Part shown: in pieces, positions 39,881 through 53,535 of the stretch
Layout of the letters: the number at the start of each line of letters is the position of its first letter
Numbering within the stretch: position 1 is the first letter of the stretch
Origin: Thalia democratica
Taxonomy: Eukaryota
NCBI GenBank assembly: GCA_965202585.1
Contig: OZ241830.1
Coordinates: forward strand, 54,312,001-54,376,000
Length of the DNA stretch: 64,000 bases
Reading direction: 5' to 3'
The notes under the pieces: model-generated
What the model was told of the DNA's origin: nothing
What the model saw: the letters and a program-made list of their open reading frames with translations, nothing else
Databases searched by the model: none
Translations under genes and position numbers: made by a program

Positions 39881-39983
39881 TCAACTCAGTAAGACTTTAT
39901 CAGAAGCAAATATCTTTCTTGGTTAAGTTTATTGACAAACTAATTAAAAGAATGATAAGGTCTGTAAAACAAAGCGGTTTACT

Positions 39984-40280
39984 ATCATTTCTATCTCGCT
40001 ATTATTTCTAACACGATCATTTCTAACCCGAACATTTTTAACCCAATCACTTTTAACCTGATCACTTCTAACCCGATCACTTCCAACCCGATCATTTCTA
40101 ATCCCATCAATTCTAACCCGATCATTTCTAACCCGATAATTTATAATCCAATTTAAGCCAACCATTCCTACCTGATCATTTATAACTTGATCATTTCTAA
40201 CCCAATCATTTTAACCCAATAGTATCTAACCCGATCATTTCTAACTCGATCGTTTTTAATCCGATCTAACCCGACAACTC
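39984..40280. repeat. Degenerate 15-bp minisatellite (ttctaacccgatcat)
   Basis: About 15 or more tandem variants in two blocks. Confidence 0.9.
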
Positions 40281-40689
40281 GATCTGTATTAGTATGATTA
40301 TTTGTAATTGTTTTTAAACAAAGGATTGGTTTTAAAAATAACCTAATCTCAACAAAATTGTTTTTATAGATATTTAAGTTATTTTGCTTAATATAAAACT
40401 TAATGTTCAAATAGCTTTAGTCAAAATTTAATTTTTGATAATTGTTGCTTTGTAAGTTTGTTGTCCTACGCTAGACCCAGGCATCAAAATCTGGGCCACT
40501 TAAACTGAATGACACATAACGAAGAGACGAAAATTTATATACTTTAAATTCAAAAACTAGAGTTTTTTTTAACTTTTAGAGATTAATAGTAAAAAAAAAT
40601 CAGCACTTTAGTATAGTACTTATTAACTTATTTATGCTTTGAAGTAGAAGATTTTTTTTAATTTGGTTTTAAATTCATGATAAGCAACT

Positions 40690-41130
40690 TTAACGTCCTC
40701 TCTTTCAACAATCAGTGAGATTCAACAAAACCAAAAATAGCTGCACAATCTTTCACTATAGAATTAATTCTAAATTATTTCTAACAAAAAACCTTCTCTG
40801 CAAATTCAGCAACACATGTTGAGACAATTTAGTAAATTATTCCAATGGTTTTAGTGCAATAATCCGCAAAATAGTCTAAATCACGTGTTTTTACATTAAA
40901 ATAAATTTCTAGGTTACTTTTACTAAATTCATTTAGAACATACCAGAATGTCAGAATTCAAACAAACTATAAAAATTCATGAATTATTTTTCTTCTTCTT
41001 CAAACATCAACCGGGTATACACATCCTGAATTTTAAAGTTATGTTCTGCACATTTGAGCAACCGTTTTGTATTTCGGTGTTTTTTATCAATTGTTTTTGT
41101 AGATCGCCAAAGCATAATCGATACAATTAA
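40690..41130 (-). pseudogene. Decayed exon-like fragments of unknown gene
   Basis: Three AG/GT-bounded or near-open minus pieces (LWRSTKTIDKKHRNTKRLLKCAEHNFKIQDVYTRLMFEEEEK; DYFADYCTKTIGIIY*IVSTCVAEFAEK; INSIVKDCAAIFGFVESH*), each with stops. Confidence 0.35.
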
Positions 41131-41969
41131 AATAAACATTATTGGAATTAAGTTAAAGACAGTTGTAAAAAAGAGATCAAAAATTTTAGTTTATTGATTA
41201 ACAACTAAATTTAAAACTTAAAGTCCAAGCTCATTAAGAATACAGGTCAAATAAACATCTATCGAAAACATTGAAAATGATTTATTATTTACAGAAGAAA
41301 GGCGCTGCTAATATAATCAAACTATAGAATGAACATAGTCTACATATTAAATCAATGGTCTATATGTTTAAAAATTGTCAAATTACTAATAGTTTCTTAA
41401 CTTAATCAAGTTAACTTAAATCAAAGTTGATTAATTTTTTTGCAAAGATATAAAACATAATTATTTCGTCAATAAATAACGAAACGGCTTTCGAACAAAA
41501 TTTTTGTTAAACTTTTTAGTAAGCTTTTTTAAAATACACCAAAAGAAATGGGTTTTGAATCAGAAAGGATCATTGTATAATCACTACACGAAGTTCAGAC
41601 AATGATTTACTTCATCATTTCAATCCGCCATTTCAAGCTTCCTTAATAGCTAGATTACAGATGCCCGCCAAGCATCCAGCTGTATGAAAACAAAATTTTC
41701 AGTATTTATCACAATTTAATTTAATATTTGTTTTATTTATCACATTGTTTTTAAAAACAATTAGACTAAAAGATACAAAAGTTAAACATCGATTTCTACA
41801 GTTGTTAAAGAATTATACATTCTATATACGGATTTATTTTTTATTATTGAATTTTTTTTTTTCGAATGAGAAAAAAATAAAAAAATGAAAACAAAATTTT
41901 CAATATTTATAACAACTTAGTTTCATGTTTACTTTTGTTAACTATTTTATCTAAAATAAATTAGACTAA

Positions 41970-44350
41970 AAAAATTCAAAATTTAATGTAAACAGTAGTT
42001 GTGCAGCAAGCAAAAGAATAAGCAAAATATTGTAAATCTTATCTAAAAAGTGTTCTTTTATGTAATATATAAACAGCACAAGTAACATCTACTTATTTCA
42101 ATTTTATACTGTCACTAATGGTTAGCAACAAACTTTTATATAGTTACTTTTATAACTTACTTTCATATTATTTTTGTTTATAATTTTTATAATTAAGACG
42201 ACTAAAATAAAAGATACAAGTCAATGGAAAAAATAATTGTGTTGCATATTAAAACAAACAGGATATTGTAAAACATAGCTGAACAGTGTTTGTCATGAGT
42301 TATTATTTTTTTTTTGATTATTATTAGTAGTAAAATATTATAAGAGCTATAAACTATTTTCGATGTTAAACGATAAAATATTTTTCTTTTTTAAAAGCTG
42401 TAAAACAGCAGTCTTTAAATGGCTAATCAATTTAAGCTATTTTGTAAAATTGTTCAAAAAACTTAGAAAAAGCGAAAAATACACAAATTTAAAGCTTGAA
42501 CATTCACAGTAATATATTAAATCTATTAAGTTTATAAGGGATATACTATGAGAAGTTTAAACACTTATCTTTCTGTACGCAAAAAAAAATACTTATTTTA
42601 TAGTAGATGAAAATAAAAATGACAATAGAAATGCTCACAATGTTTTGAATTATTAAAGTTAGACTTGTAATTAAAAAGTATTTGTCGTCGAAAATGATAA
42701 AAAGTAGTTTTGATATCTGTTATAGTTTTTGTTTTGTTCTTGACATTGAAATGTTTTAACTTAGAAGCTATAAAAGCATTTCAAACCAAACTGATTAATA
42801 TTTGTTATAATTTCAAATTGCATTCTCAAACAAAATTAGTTGAAATTTTATAAGTTGCAAGATATTTTAAATGTTATAATACCATTTCAAAATGAAAAAA
42901 AAAACTGCATCTTAACACTATTAACGGATTCTGATATATAAAGAAATCTTTAGATATCAATATAATAATAAAATAAAAACTTTTTCAATATTAAGCATCC
43001 AATAAACAAACACAAATCCTAACTAATCAAATTCAATGCCAAAATAAAATGTTTAGTGGTTTGCTTAAGTTGACTAAAGTTGTAATTTAAGATTGTCTCT
43101 ACGGTATGATCAGAATTTTATAGTACTTTAAAATTAACTTTAGTTATTATACAGTAAATATTTTTTTTTACTTAAATTTAAATGAGTAAAAAAATTCAAA
43201 ATTTAATGTAAACAGTAGTTGTGTAGCAAGCATAAGAAAAAGCAAAACATTGTAAAGCTCATCTTAAAAGTGTTCTTTCGTGTAAAATATAAACAGCACG
43301 AATAACAACTACTTATTTCAATGTTATGCTGTCACAAACAACAAGCAACAAACTATTTATATACTTACTTTTATAATTTAATTTTATATTAGTTTTGTTT
43401 TTCAAATTTATTATTAAGACAACTAAACTAAAAGATACAAGTCAATGAAAACAATAATTGTGTTGCATATTAAAACAAGCAGGACAAAGGAAAACATAGC
43501 TGAACAGTGTTTGTCATGAATTGTTATTTTATTTTGATTATTATTAGTAGTAAAATACTATAAGAGCTATAAACTATTTTTATTATTAAGCTATAAAATA
43601 TTTATCTTATTTAAAAGATTCAAATTAGCAATCTTTAAACAGCTGGTCAATTTAAGCTGTTTTGTAAAATTATTCAAAAAACTTTAAAAAGCGAAAAATA
43701 CACATATATAGAGGTTGAACATTCACAGTAATATATTAAATATATTAAATGTACAAGGGATATATACTATGAGAATTTAAACAGTTATCTATCTGTACGC
43801 AAAAGAAATATTTATTTTATAGTAAATGAAAATAAAACTTTTAACACAAACACTCAACATGTTTTCAATTATTAAAGTAAGACTTGTAATTAAAAAGTAT
43901 TTGTCGTCGAAAATCATAAACAATAGTATTTGTTATCTATTATATATTTTTTGTTTTTGACATTGAAAATGTTTTGACTTAGAAGCTATAAAACAATTTT
44001 AAATCAATCTGATTAAATTAGTTGTTAATTAAGAATTTAAATTGCATTCGCAAACAAAATTACTTAAAACTTTATAGACCTATAGATTTAAAATTTTATA
44101 GTAAAATTTCAAAATGAAAAATCTTTATTTTAACACTATTAACGGTTGCTAATATATAAAGAAGTCTTTAGATTTCACAACAACATAAAACAAAAACTTT
44201 TTTGATTTTAAGCATCCAAAAACAAAATCAAATCATAACTAGTAAAAGTAAATGCCAATATACATTGTTTAGTGGTTTGCTTAAGTTTACTAAAATTATA
44301 ATTTAAGATTGTCTCGACGCTATAATCAGGTTTTTATATTACTTTAATGT
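41970..44350 (+). repeat. Older ~1.2-kb tandem duplication (41970-43140 vs 43185-44350) overlapping the start of duplication copy B
   Basis: Anchors aaaattcaaaatttaatgtaaacagtagttgtg, ctgaacagtgtttgtcatga and aaaagtatttgtcgtcgaaaat occur in both units. Confidence 0.88.
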
Positions 44351-47300
44351 TAACATAAATTATTAAAGAAAATATTATACACTTTATATTGGCTTTATAT
44401 ATATTATTTATTTAATTCAAAAGTATCTGTTTTTTTGATTGAAACCTATAAAGTCTAAGTAGTAAACATTTACAGTTTCATGAAGACTAAATTATGACTT
44501 TAAATCAGCTACAAAACTATGTTATTACTTTATTTAATAAATTATAAACCAATAAATACTTGTCAGTAGATAACTAACTTAAAAAAACACTAAAACTTTA
44601 AATATTAAAGCATTATTTTTTCGTGTTTGCACTTTGTTAAAAAGATCTTTAAAAAACTTAAGTAAGGTATTAAAAAACTGGAATTTATTAAATATTAACG
44701 TTTTGAAAAAAATATATCAAGACATTGCTCATAGTTTTTAACAAATTCGTTGAACCTAACTATTAAAAGAAAGAAAAACTATAACATTTAGTTAATCTTT
44801 TATTATAACAAATTGTTTAGAAAAATAAATTTCAACATATTTTATAAGGTTTTACTGTGGCTTTATCATTATTTTAGTTACAAACATAGCTTTTAGATGC
44901 TTACTTATTTTGACTTTAAAAATTTAAATTAGCAAAATCAAATTTATAGCTTGAAAACAATTTTTTTTTTTTTATTTATTGTTACATGTATTAAAACCGA
45001 AACATGCTTTTTAGTAGATAATTTAATTTTTTGTTAAATTTAAGTCTGATTACATTATAAAAATAAAATTAATATTTTTTTCATTATTAGATATCTGATA
45101 AGTTTTCAAAACCGTAATATAAGTCTTTTTTTGTACAAAACTTTTAGTTACAGTAAATATTATCTTAAAGCAGTTATATACTGTTTATTAAAAAACAAAT
45201 TTAGCGCTCAATAATTTGGTCAAGGACCTGGTGTACGAAAAAACTTTTTGTTTAAACACATTGCTTTTAAAACAGTTAGACTAAAAGATACAAAAGTTAA
45301 ACATAGATTTCTATAGTTGTTAAAGAATTATTCATTTAATATACGGTATTAATTTTAATTATTTAAAATGATTTTGTATTTTGGATGAGAAAAAAAAAGT
45401 CTTATACTTTGCTTTTAAATCGATAAGATACAATTTTAACATGATACTCAATATACATAAAACTTTCGTTTAATGTTAATAAAACTACAACTACGATCTA
45501 AAAATTGTACAAACACCTTTAAATATAGTCGTAAAATTACTAATCAGTCTGTGTTATAACATAATTAGAACAACATACTTATTTATTTATAGTAACTATG
45601 TTTAAAGTTATAATGTTTGCAAAGCTCATAGAAATTAAAAGACTATTTCGTTTAAAACAAGTATTAAACAATAATTGAATAAAGGTAGTTAGTTTTAACA
45701 ATAATATTTTTTAAATTTTTAGTTTTAGTTGTTAAGAACAAATTAAACTAACGTTGTCTAAGTATCATTGTTTTTTTTATACGTGTAAAGTATTGTTGCA
45801 TAATCTTACTAATTTAAACTTTAAAAATATTCCTAATACTAGCTTTTAACAACTTAGTAAAAAAGACTTGCAAAGAATCATTTAACGTTATCATTTAATA
45901 TTAAACTTTGAATTAAAAAGTAATAATTACTAGCTATTTATACTACAGTTGTCCAAAATTTTCTGAACTTGATGTATTAAGTAATACTTTATGTTAAAAT
46001 AACAACTGTAAATTTTATTAAAATCTGTTTCTAAATTTAAGTTTAATATTATAAACATAAATAAAAACCCATATTAAAACAAAAGTTATCAGACTTAATG
46101 TAGAAAATTTCTAAAATGTTTACTATATATTTATTTTTATAAAAAAATGATTTTCTTAAATTTAAATATGAGAAAAATTGAACTATTACTTTAATTGTAC
46201 TGTTTATTACAGCTTTGAAATGTTTACTAAAATAATGATTTAACAAACCGAAGATTTGAGAGGATTCAATACTAAGACTGTTAAACATTAGTAAATTAAA
46301 ACTGTATTTATAATTTTACTTAAGTTTTTATACCGACCTTGTATATTCTAAGTTAAGGAAACAACAAGTATTGCTTATTGAACGAACAAAAAAAACGCTA
46401 AAATATTTAGTCCTAAGACCTGGTGTACGATTGAACCTTTCGGTTATTCAGTCGAACACCAATTTGAAACATTTAACGTCATTGTCAAGGATAATTAGGA
46501 AATCAAGTAAGCCGTATCCGGGGTTAGAACAAAACTGTCCATGATAAATTATGGTTTTCTTTTTCCTTTACGACTCTAAGCTATACAATACACATTGCGA
46601 TATATATAAATTTGTTAAACGTCAGATATATATCTAATCAGTATAATAAACTGGGTTAGAACACAGAAAAATAGAAATGAAACAGTAAGTATTGACGCTA
46701 AAGCTGCAACAGAAGCTGAATACATACATTTGTTTTTATTTTGTGTATTGTAATAAATAAAAAATCGAGAAAGGCAGAAAAAAAAAGAAGCAAGCTTACG
46801 GAAAGTTTAAAAGTGAATAATTTTTTAATTTACTTAACTATTTTTTACAAGAAGAATAACACTTTTTAGATAAAAAATTGTCATTTATTAAGTTAATAGT
46901 CCATTGTGTATACAATTAAAAAACGTAAAAATGATTCCTTGTAGTGCAACGCTTTTGACAAAAACTACTTGCTATAATAGAATACTCGTTTTTCAAAAGT
47001 TAAAGTTTGTTATGCTTCGAAATTTTATCAAGCCTCATGTGATACGAGTTTTAGTAAACAAATATACTCAAGTTTTATACTTTTAGGTTTTAATATTAAT
47101 AACATGTTAGCGTTGTGGTATCAAAGTAATAAAGCTACTATTTTTTATTCATCTTGTTATATCAGATAATAATGAACTTTTTCATATCGTTTTTTTTACT
47201 TTTAAACTTTATATAAAGTAGTTACCTATTATTAGAATTTTAATGATACTTGATAAACTAATTAAATTATTTTTAAACTATTTTAAAGTCCTAATTTTAC

Positions 47301-48196
47301 GCTAATTAAAATTATTGAAAGTGCTAACCAGATAAATGATAAAGGTTAGTTCCTTTTATAGATTTGTTGAAAGATTTCAAAAATGAACTGATTTAAAATG
47401 ACATAAAAGATTTAAAGACTAATGTTTCTGAGATGAAGACAAAAATATAAAACATTGTCAAAGAATTGTAAAAACAAAAGTAAAACACTCAACACAAAAA
47501 CAGCGAATTGATAACCTTAAGAAACATCACTTATAGTTACTAAGAATTTAAAGAAAAAAGCAGAAAATAAGACTATGCATAACTAATTGGTTTTGGTAGT
47601 GTAAAAATTCAAAAAATATCAGTTAATGTTTTTAAACTAAAACGCCCCTTGGCAAAAGTTTACCTATTTATTATATATCACATCTTTACTAGTTAGTTAC
47701 CCATTAACATTTACGCGGCAACAGCAACTAACAAGTTTAAAAGTAAAAAATTGAGCTTAAAGGGGCGATATTGCTAAGTTTTTCATTAAAAAACTTTGTC
47801 TTCTAAGTATGCTTGGTTTTTAATTATCAGTTTTCCTGTTCAGAATAAACAATTCAAGAACGTTGTTTTTAGATTATTGTTTCGCATTGTTTTTTTTAGA
47901 GTAAATATTGAACTAGATATTTATAATTGCAAAGTAGATTAAATTTTTAAGTTTTGCATATTGTACATAGAGTTTTAATTTAACTTGTTAATTTTTTTTA
48001 CCCAAGTAAAACCTAACTAATAATAAATGCTGAGTTTCACCACACGACCATCAACAAAAGCATCTGAGACAACCTATGACCGGTTTCTTTAGTTTTTCCG
48101 GCTCAATTTTTAGGGCTTTACTAACAAACGGTAGCTTCAGTGCATATGCTTTTAATCCCGCTTGATTAAATCTTAATAGCGGTTTCTCGCGACTAT

Positions 48197-48239
48197 GCCT
48201 GCCTGATGACTCCTAATAAGTACGAAACCAGTCATAGGT
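48197..48239 (+). ncRNA. Hammerhead-like motif with damaged stem II, overlapping one arm of a 57-bp inverted repeat
   Basis: gcctgc CTGATGA ctcc-taataa-gtac GAAAC ca GTC ataggt. IR arms are 48031-48087 and 48224-48280. Confidence 0.7.
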
Positions 48240-49353
48240 TAACTCATATGCTGATGTTGATGGTCGTGCGGTGAAGCTCATCAGTTATAATTGATAGCAA
48301 AAAATATCTCAATCTTGTTTGATATTGGCCGAAACAAAAATTAACTTATATCTAAGTAAAACTTGAAACAGATTTTTTTAAAGTTATGTATAAAAAGTCA
48401 ACTGTTAAATTGAGGCTTTTATAACTGAATTTTGAAAATTAAGTCAGTCATAAGTTTTAGCTTAAACTTTATACTTCTAATAGCGTTCAAATATGTTTTT
48501 GTAGTATAGTTTGGAAGTAATAGACCATTAAGTTAAACAAAGGTTATATAATTAAAAAAATAAATTTTTTTAAAAACTTTTTTTTTTGAGTTTTAGTATA
48601 AAATTCAAGCTTCAAATAATGATTAAGTAGATTTCTTATAGAAAATAATAGCTAAATAAGTAACTAAATCTACAGTTAAAGTATGAAATAAATAATAAAT
48701 TAGCGTTTTTTCTAATAGCTAAATTAACATGGTATACTTTTTTTTTTCTTGTCTGTTTACGTGGATCATATCAGTGTAGTTTAGTTTTTAATTTTTTATC
48801 GAAATTTAAAGTTTGTTCACCAAAAAAGTATAAGTAGGTGATAAATATACTTTTTTAGAAACAATCAGATTTTAGCTCCACAACTTTTTTAAATCTTTAA
48901 GAATATAAATGCGCAAACTTGTACACTAAAGAATAAAAATTCTAGCTCTCAGATATCATTAATTTTCAAGTTTATTTTTATGAGTTTAAACAAATAGTTT
49001 GTTTAATTATTAAATGTACTTTATGTTTTACTTTTTTTTGAAATACAAAGTTTCATATTATAAAAATTTATCATAATACAGCTCAAAATGTTAAGTAAAT
49101 AAATTGCGTGAACTGTGAAGCTAGGTTATCTAAAAGCCTTTCTAAATACCTGAGTCTTTTTTACAATTTTTTTGAGCTTTGATTTCTTTATTGTGTTCAG
49201 TAAGCTATAATAACTAATTTGTCTGCAAAAATAGACTATAAACACTTTTAGCATAAATTCTAGTAAAAATAAGATTGATTTTTATTATAAAAGATTTTTG
49301 AACAAAGTTCTAAAAAATACTACTATGAATTTATTCTTTCAAGACTTTATTTT

Positions 49354-49388
49354 ACAAACTAAGTTTCGGTCAAAGACCTCGTCAGTGC
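49354..49388 (-). ncRNA. Minimal type I hammerhead motif, catalytic core intact
   Basis: Minus strand reads gca CTGACGA GGTC ttt GACC GAAAC tta GTT tgt. Stem II is 4 bp and stem I only 3 bp. Confidence 0.75.
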
Positions 49389-51749
49389 TTAAAGAAATCT
49401 CTAAAACGTTTATGAATATATTTTTGACACAAAATATAAATTAACAAATATGATCAATTTAATGGATATTAAATTAAAATATTTTATAGAATTTTAACAA
49501 GTATTTAAATTGCCAATTATGTTTTCATTTGGCATGAAGCTAACTAGTATTTGCGTGCATGAAACTCAATAAACTTCAGCTTTAAAACAAAATTTGGTAC
49601 ATGAAACATTTTTTTATAAATTTATTATCTTGTAACGAAGTTTTTGTTTCTTAATATACAAAGAATAAACAAAGCTTTTTAAATAGAGTAAATTTTTGTT
49701 TCTATGATCTTTAAATTTTACTACTGAAAAAAATTGTTGTTAACTGTTTTATTAATATTCACAATAAAATAATAATTCATGACAAACATTGTTCAGATAT
49801 GTTTTACGTTGTCGTGCTTGTTTTAATTTGCTACACAACTATTGTTTACATTGACTTGTATCTTTAAGTCTAATTTATTTAAAAAGAAATTTGATAAATA
49901 AAACAAATATGAAACTAAGTTGTTATAAATACTAAAAATTTCGTTTTCACACAGCTGGATGCTTGGCGGGCATCTGTAATCTAGCAATCAAGGAAGCTTG
50001 AAATGGCGGATTGAAATGATGAAGTAAATCATTGTCTGAACTTCGTGTAGTGATTATACAATGATCCTTTCTGATTCAAAACCCATTTTTTTATATTTTT
50101 TTTATTACTTAATGAAAAGGACTTAAGAAAGTTATTGTCAATTTTCATAATAAATAAAAGTTGAGAGTTATTTTAATCTGCAAATTTGTAACTTTTTTCT
50201 TTTTTCAAACTTACTAGACTATAACAACATCAAACCTAACCATAGAAGAGCTTTTTTTCAAAGGGTTGTTTTAAAACCTTTTTGTTATTATCGATAACCG
50301 AAAGGTATTCTCTTACTCCAGGTCCTTTGACCAAACTTTTTGAGCGCTTTTTTTGTCGTTGAATAAACTATTGTAACTATTATTAATCGACGAAATAATT
50401 GTCTCTTATATAAAGTATAAGCTTCACTACAAGTAAATTTTAAATGTAATGCTTACTATAAATCCATTTACGTAACAACAAAAATTTTAAAATTTAGTAT
50501 TCAGTTTTAATAAACATTAATAACTTATTTTATATATTTAAATGAACCCTTGACAAAAGTTTAGACTGTCCTGGACAAGACATTTAAAGGTATCCGTGGT
50601 GTGCGACTCGATTACCAAAAAGTTTTTTCGCGCACCAGGTCCTAGGGCCAAATATTTTGAGCGTATTTTAGTCGTTTAATATACTATATAAATGTACCTG
50701 GAGTGTTTAACTTGATAACCGAAAGATTTTTTTGTTCACCAGGTCCTTGGACTAAACGTTTTGAGCGCTTTATTTTGTCGTTCCACAAACAATTCAATTT
50801 AATTTTAACCATACTAAAACATAAATCAACATTTAGCACAATCCTTAAAAAATTACGAAATTAAATAATATATAAGTTTACAACTAAAAAGCAAATGGTG
50901 AAAGTAAACAACAAACAATTGAAAACAATTATTATTATTTAACTTTTGATATATTTGAAAATATCAAACTGTGCAATTTATATTTGTAATATGTTTCTCA
51001 CGAGGTTTTGGATATCTTCAAAAATTAGCAACCTACAAAAAAAAAGAAACCGGGGTTTCTAGTTTTCGCACTTTTAGGTATTTTCTAAAGTTCGTTACAA
51101 GTAGAATGGGACTAAACTATGAAACATAACTCATATTATAATTTTTGTAACAAATGTAAACAAAAACATAAACGTGTTTCTAAACCAGCCTTCTACAATC
51201 TTTCAATTAAAGCAGATTATTTCTACATGGTACCTAATTAATTTTACAATTACAGTCACATCTTGCGAATCTACGCAAGTTGTGTCTACAGCAAAAGTAT
51301 GTAACTAAACGTATGAACGTAACAAAACTAGTTTTTATATTTGCGAAAGGTAACTGTATACGTTTAAAAATCAAATTATAATTACATTATGTACAGTAAT
51401 CGTTTTTATTTATAAATAACATTATTTACTTAGGTTCAAAATATTTTTAACTGAAAAAAAAAAGTTTTTGATACCAGCTCGTGATCAATTTGTTAAAGAA
51501 AATAAAAACTTACAAAGTATTGTTATTGTAAGTTTATTGTCATACGAAGGACCAAGGCATCAAAACCTAGGCCACTTATACAGAAAGACATACAACAAAA
51601 AGACAAAAATAAACCAAAATTGTACATTAAAAATGAAAAAAAAACTGAGTTTAACTAATTAAAGTTTAAAATTAACATAAAAACACAAAAATTATAACAC
51701 AAAATTTATAATTCCGGTGCTTCCGAAAAGAGAACAACAATATCCTACT

Positions 51750-51935
51750 CCAACTTCCCCGAACAAATGGTTTCACTCCAAAACTGGTTTCACTTTCATT
51801 CGAACAACTGGCTTCACATTATTTGAACAACTGGTTCAGCCTTCATTTGAGTAACTGGTTTAACTTTTATCCATACAACTTGTTTCACTTTTATTTGTAT
51901 AACTAGAACCACTTTTATCTGAACAACATGTTTCA
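51750..51935. repeat. Degenerate 24-bp tandem repeat (ctggtttcacttttatttgaacaa)
   Basis: About 7 units; the minus strand gives 8-aa repeats (NKSETSCS-like) with stops. Confidence 0.8.
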
Positions 51936-52089
51936 CTTTTGTTAGGAGAGCCTGCTTCATATTTACTTTCAAATCTTTAATACTCATATAACTCAGCGTT
52001 TGTTGGACTTTCGTAGTTGCTGATAAATGTTGAGAACACTAACTATAAACAAAACTTAAAAACCAAAGGCCCCAAGCACTTTAACAGGC

Positions 52090-53535
52090 CAATTAACTAT
52101 GTATTAAGGAAGAGGTTTTGTTATACACAGAGGAAAGGCGCCGCTAATAAAATAAAGCTATAGGTTAAACCAAATTAGACAAATACAACCAGTGGTTAAT
52201 GAAGAAATAACAAAAAAAAATACTTATGAATTTTGCTGACAAAATATTTATTTAAATCAAACTTTTTTAACCTTAAATGAAGATGCTCAACTTTTTTACA
52301 AGAAACTAATTCGTTTGGAAGCTTGTTCCATAATTCAACTGAACGATAAAAAAAAGAATTATGCCAAACATTATTATTGAAATTATGTCTGCATGTAAAT
52401 TTTCTGTTGTTACCTCTCAGTAAATAAGTACATTTATGAGGTTCAAAAATAGACTGTAAATTAATTGTAGTTTCACTATTAGTTAGTTTGAAAAATTAAT
52501 TAAGTCAAACTCAATCCTTCTATACTCTAAAGACTTAATACCAAGTTTTGAGAGTCTATCAAAATAAGATGTGTATGAAATGTTGCAACGGTTGAAGACT
52601 ATTTTTGTATATTTTCTTTGAATGGATTCAAGATGGTTAATATCTTTCTTCAAGCATGGAGACCAAATTGGTGTGTTGTAACTAACTTAGGACGAATGTA
52701 AACGAGATAATTTTTTTTAGAATGTTTATATCTGTAGATTTAAAACTCTTTAAAACTTGAAAAGAAATAGTTGATGCAATTTGATAAACGTTATTGATAT
52801 GGTGGTTCCATTTTAGGTTTTCAGCAATAAAAATTCCCAGATCTTTAAACACTTTAGTTGAAGGTAACCTTATGTTGTTTATTCTAAATTCAGAAGTGAT
52901 ACTAGATGTATTTTTTGAATGTTTAGAACCTGACATTTACTAGGATTTAAAACTAGTTTTCTTTTTTTTAGCCAATGATAAATTTTATCCAAAGATTTTT
53001 ATAAAATTGTGTTAGAATGGCTAAAATTTTTGTATCGTCTGCAAAGAGATTTATGTTGCTATCAACATCTACTTCTAAAGCTATATCATTGATATGAATT
53101 ATAAATAAAAGTGGGCCAATAACCCCTCCTTGATGCACTCCACTGAAAACAGGTAAAGACTCTGAAAAAGTGTTACCAATAACTACTTTTTGGGTTCTGT
53201 TTTCAAGAAACTCTTTGAACCAGCTAACTAAACTTGTATTGTATTGTATTGAGTTAAAGTCTTTATTAGTTTAAAATGGGATACAGAGTCAAAAGCCTTT
53301 TGAATGTCTGTGTAAATAACTTTAGTTGACTTAGTGCTTAGAAATGAAACCAACCATGAGTGTAAGCAATTCAATAGTTGATAACTAGATGATCGATTAG
53401 GTAGAAAACCAAACTGTTTATGTAAAATTAGCTTATTTAAAAAAAGATGATCAAGTATTTTTAGAGAAATTATATGTTCGAAAATTCTACAAAAACTGCT
53501 TGTCAAAGAAATGGGTTTTCTATTGATTTTCTTTG
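52090..53535 (-). mobile_element. CR1/L2-group LINE, RT domain and 3' end, decayed
   Basis: PISLTSSFCRIFE, QFGFLPNRSS, YTDIQKAFDSVSH, SGVHQGGVIGPLLF..INDI, LFADDTKI and KDLGIFI motifs. The tail sequence near 52120-52170 also occurs at ~41280-41335. Confidence 0.9.

Larger units (their letters stand above)
43587..50500 (+). repeat. Copy B of the segmental duplication; has a ~1.4-kb insertion (47468-48880) and lacks ~1660-2030 and ~4667-5092 of copy A
   Basis: Colinear alignment by eye with scattered substitutions and the stated indels. Confidence 0.93.

Noticed and set aside
39944-40410. ORFs with RVRND repeats, and similar ORFs at 20240-20658, 21374-21580 and 60685-60909
   Set aside because: These are translations of 15-bp and 18-bp tandem repeats, not genes.
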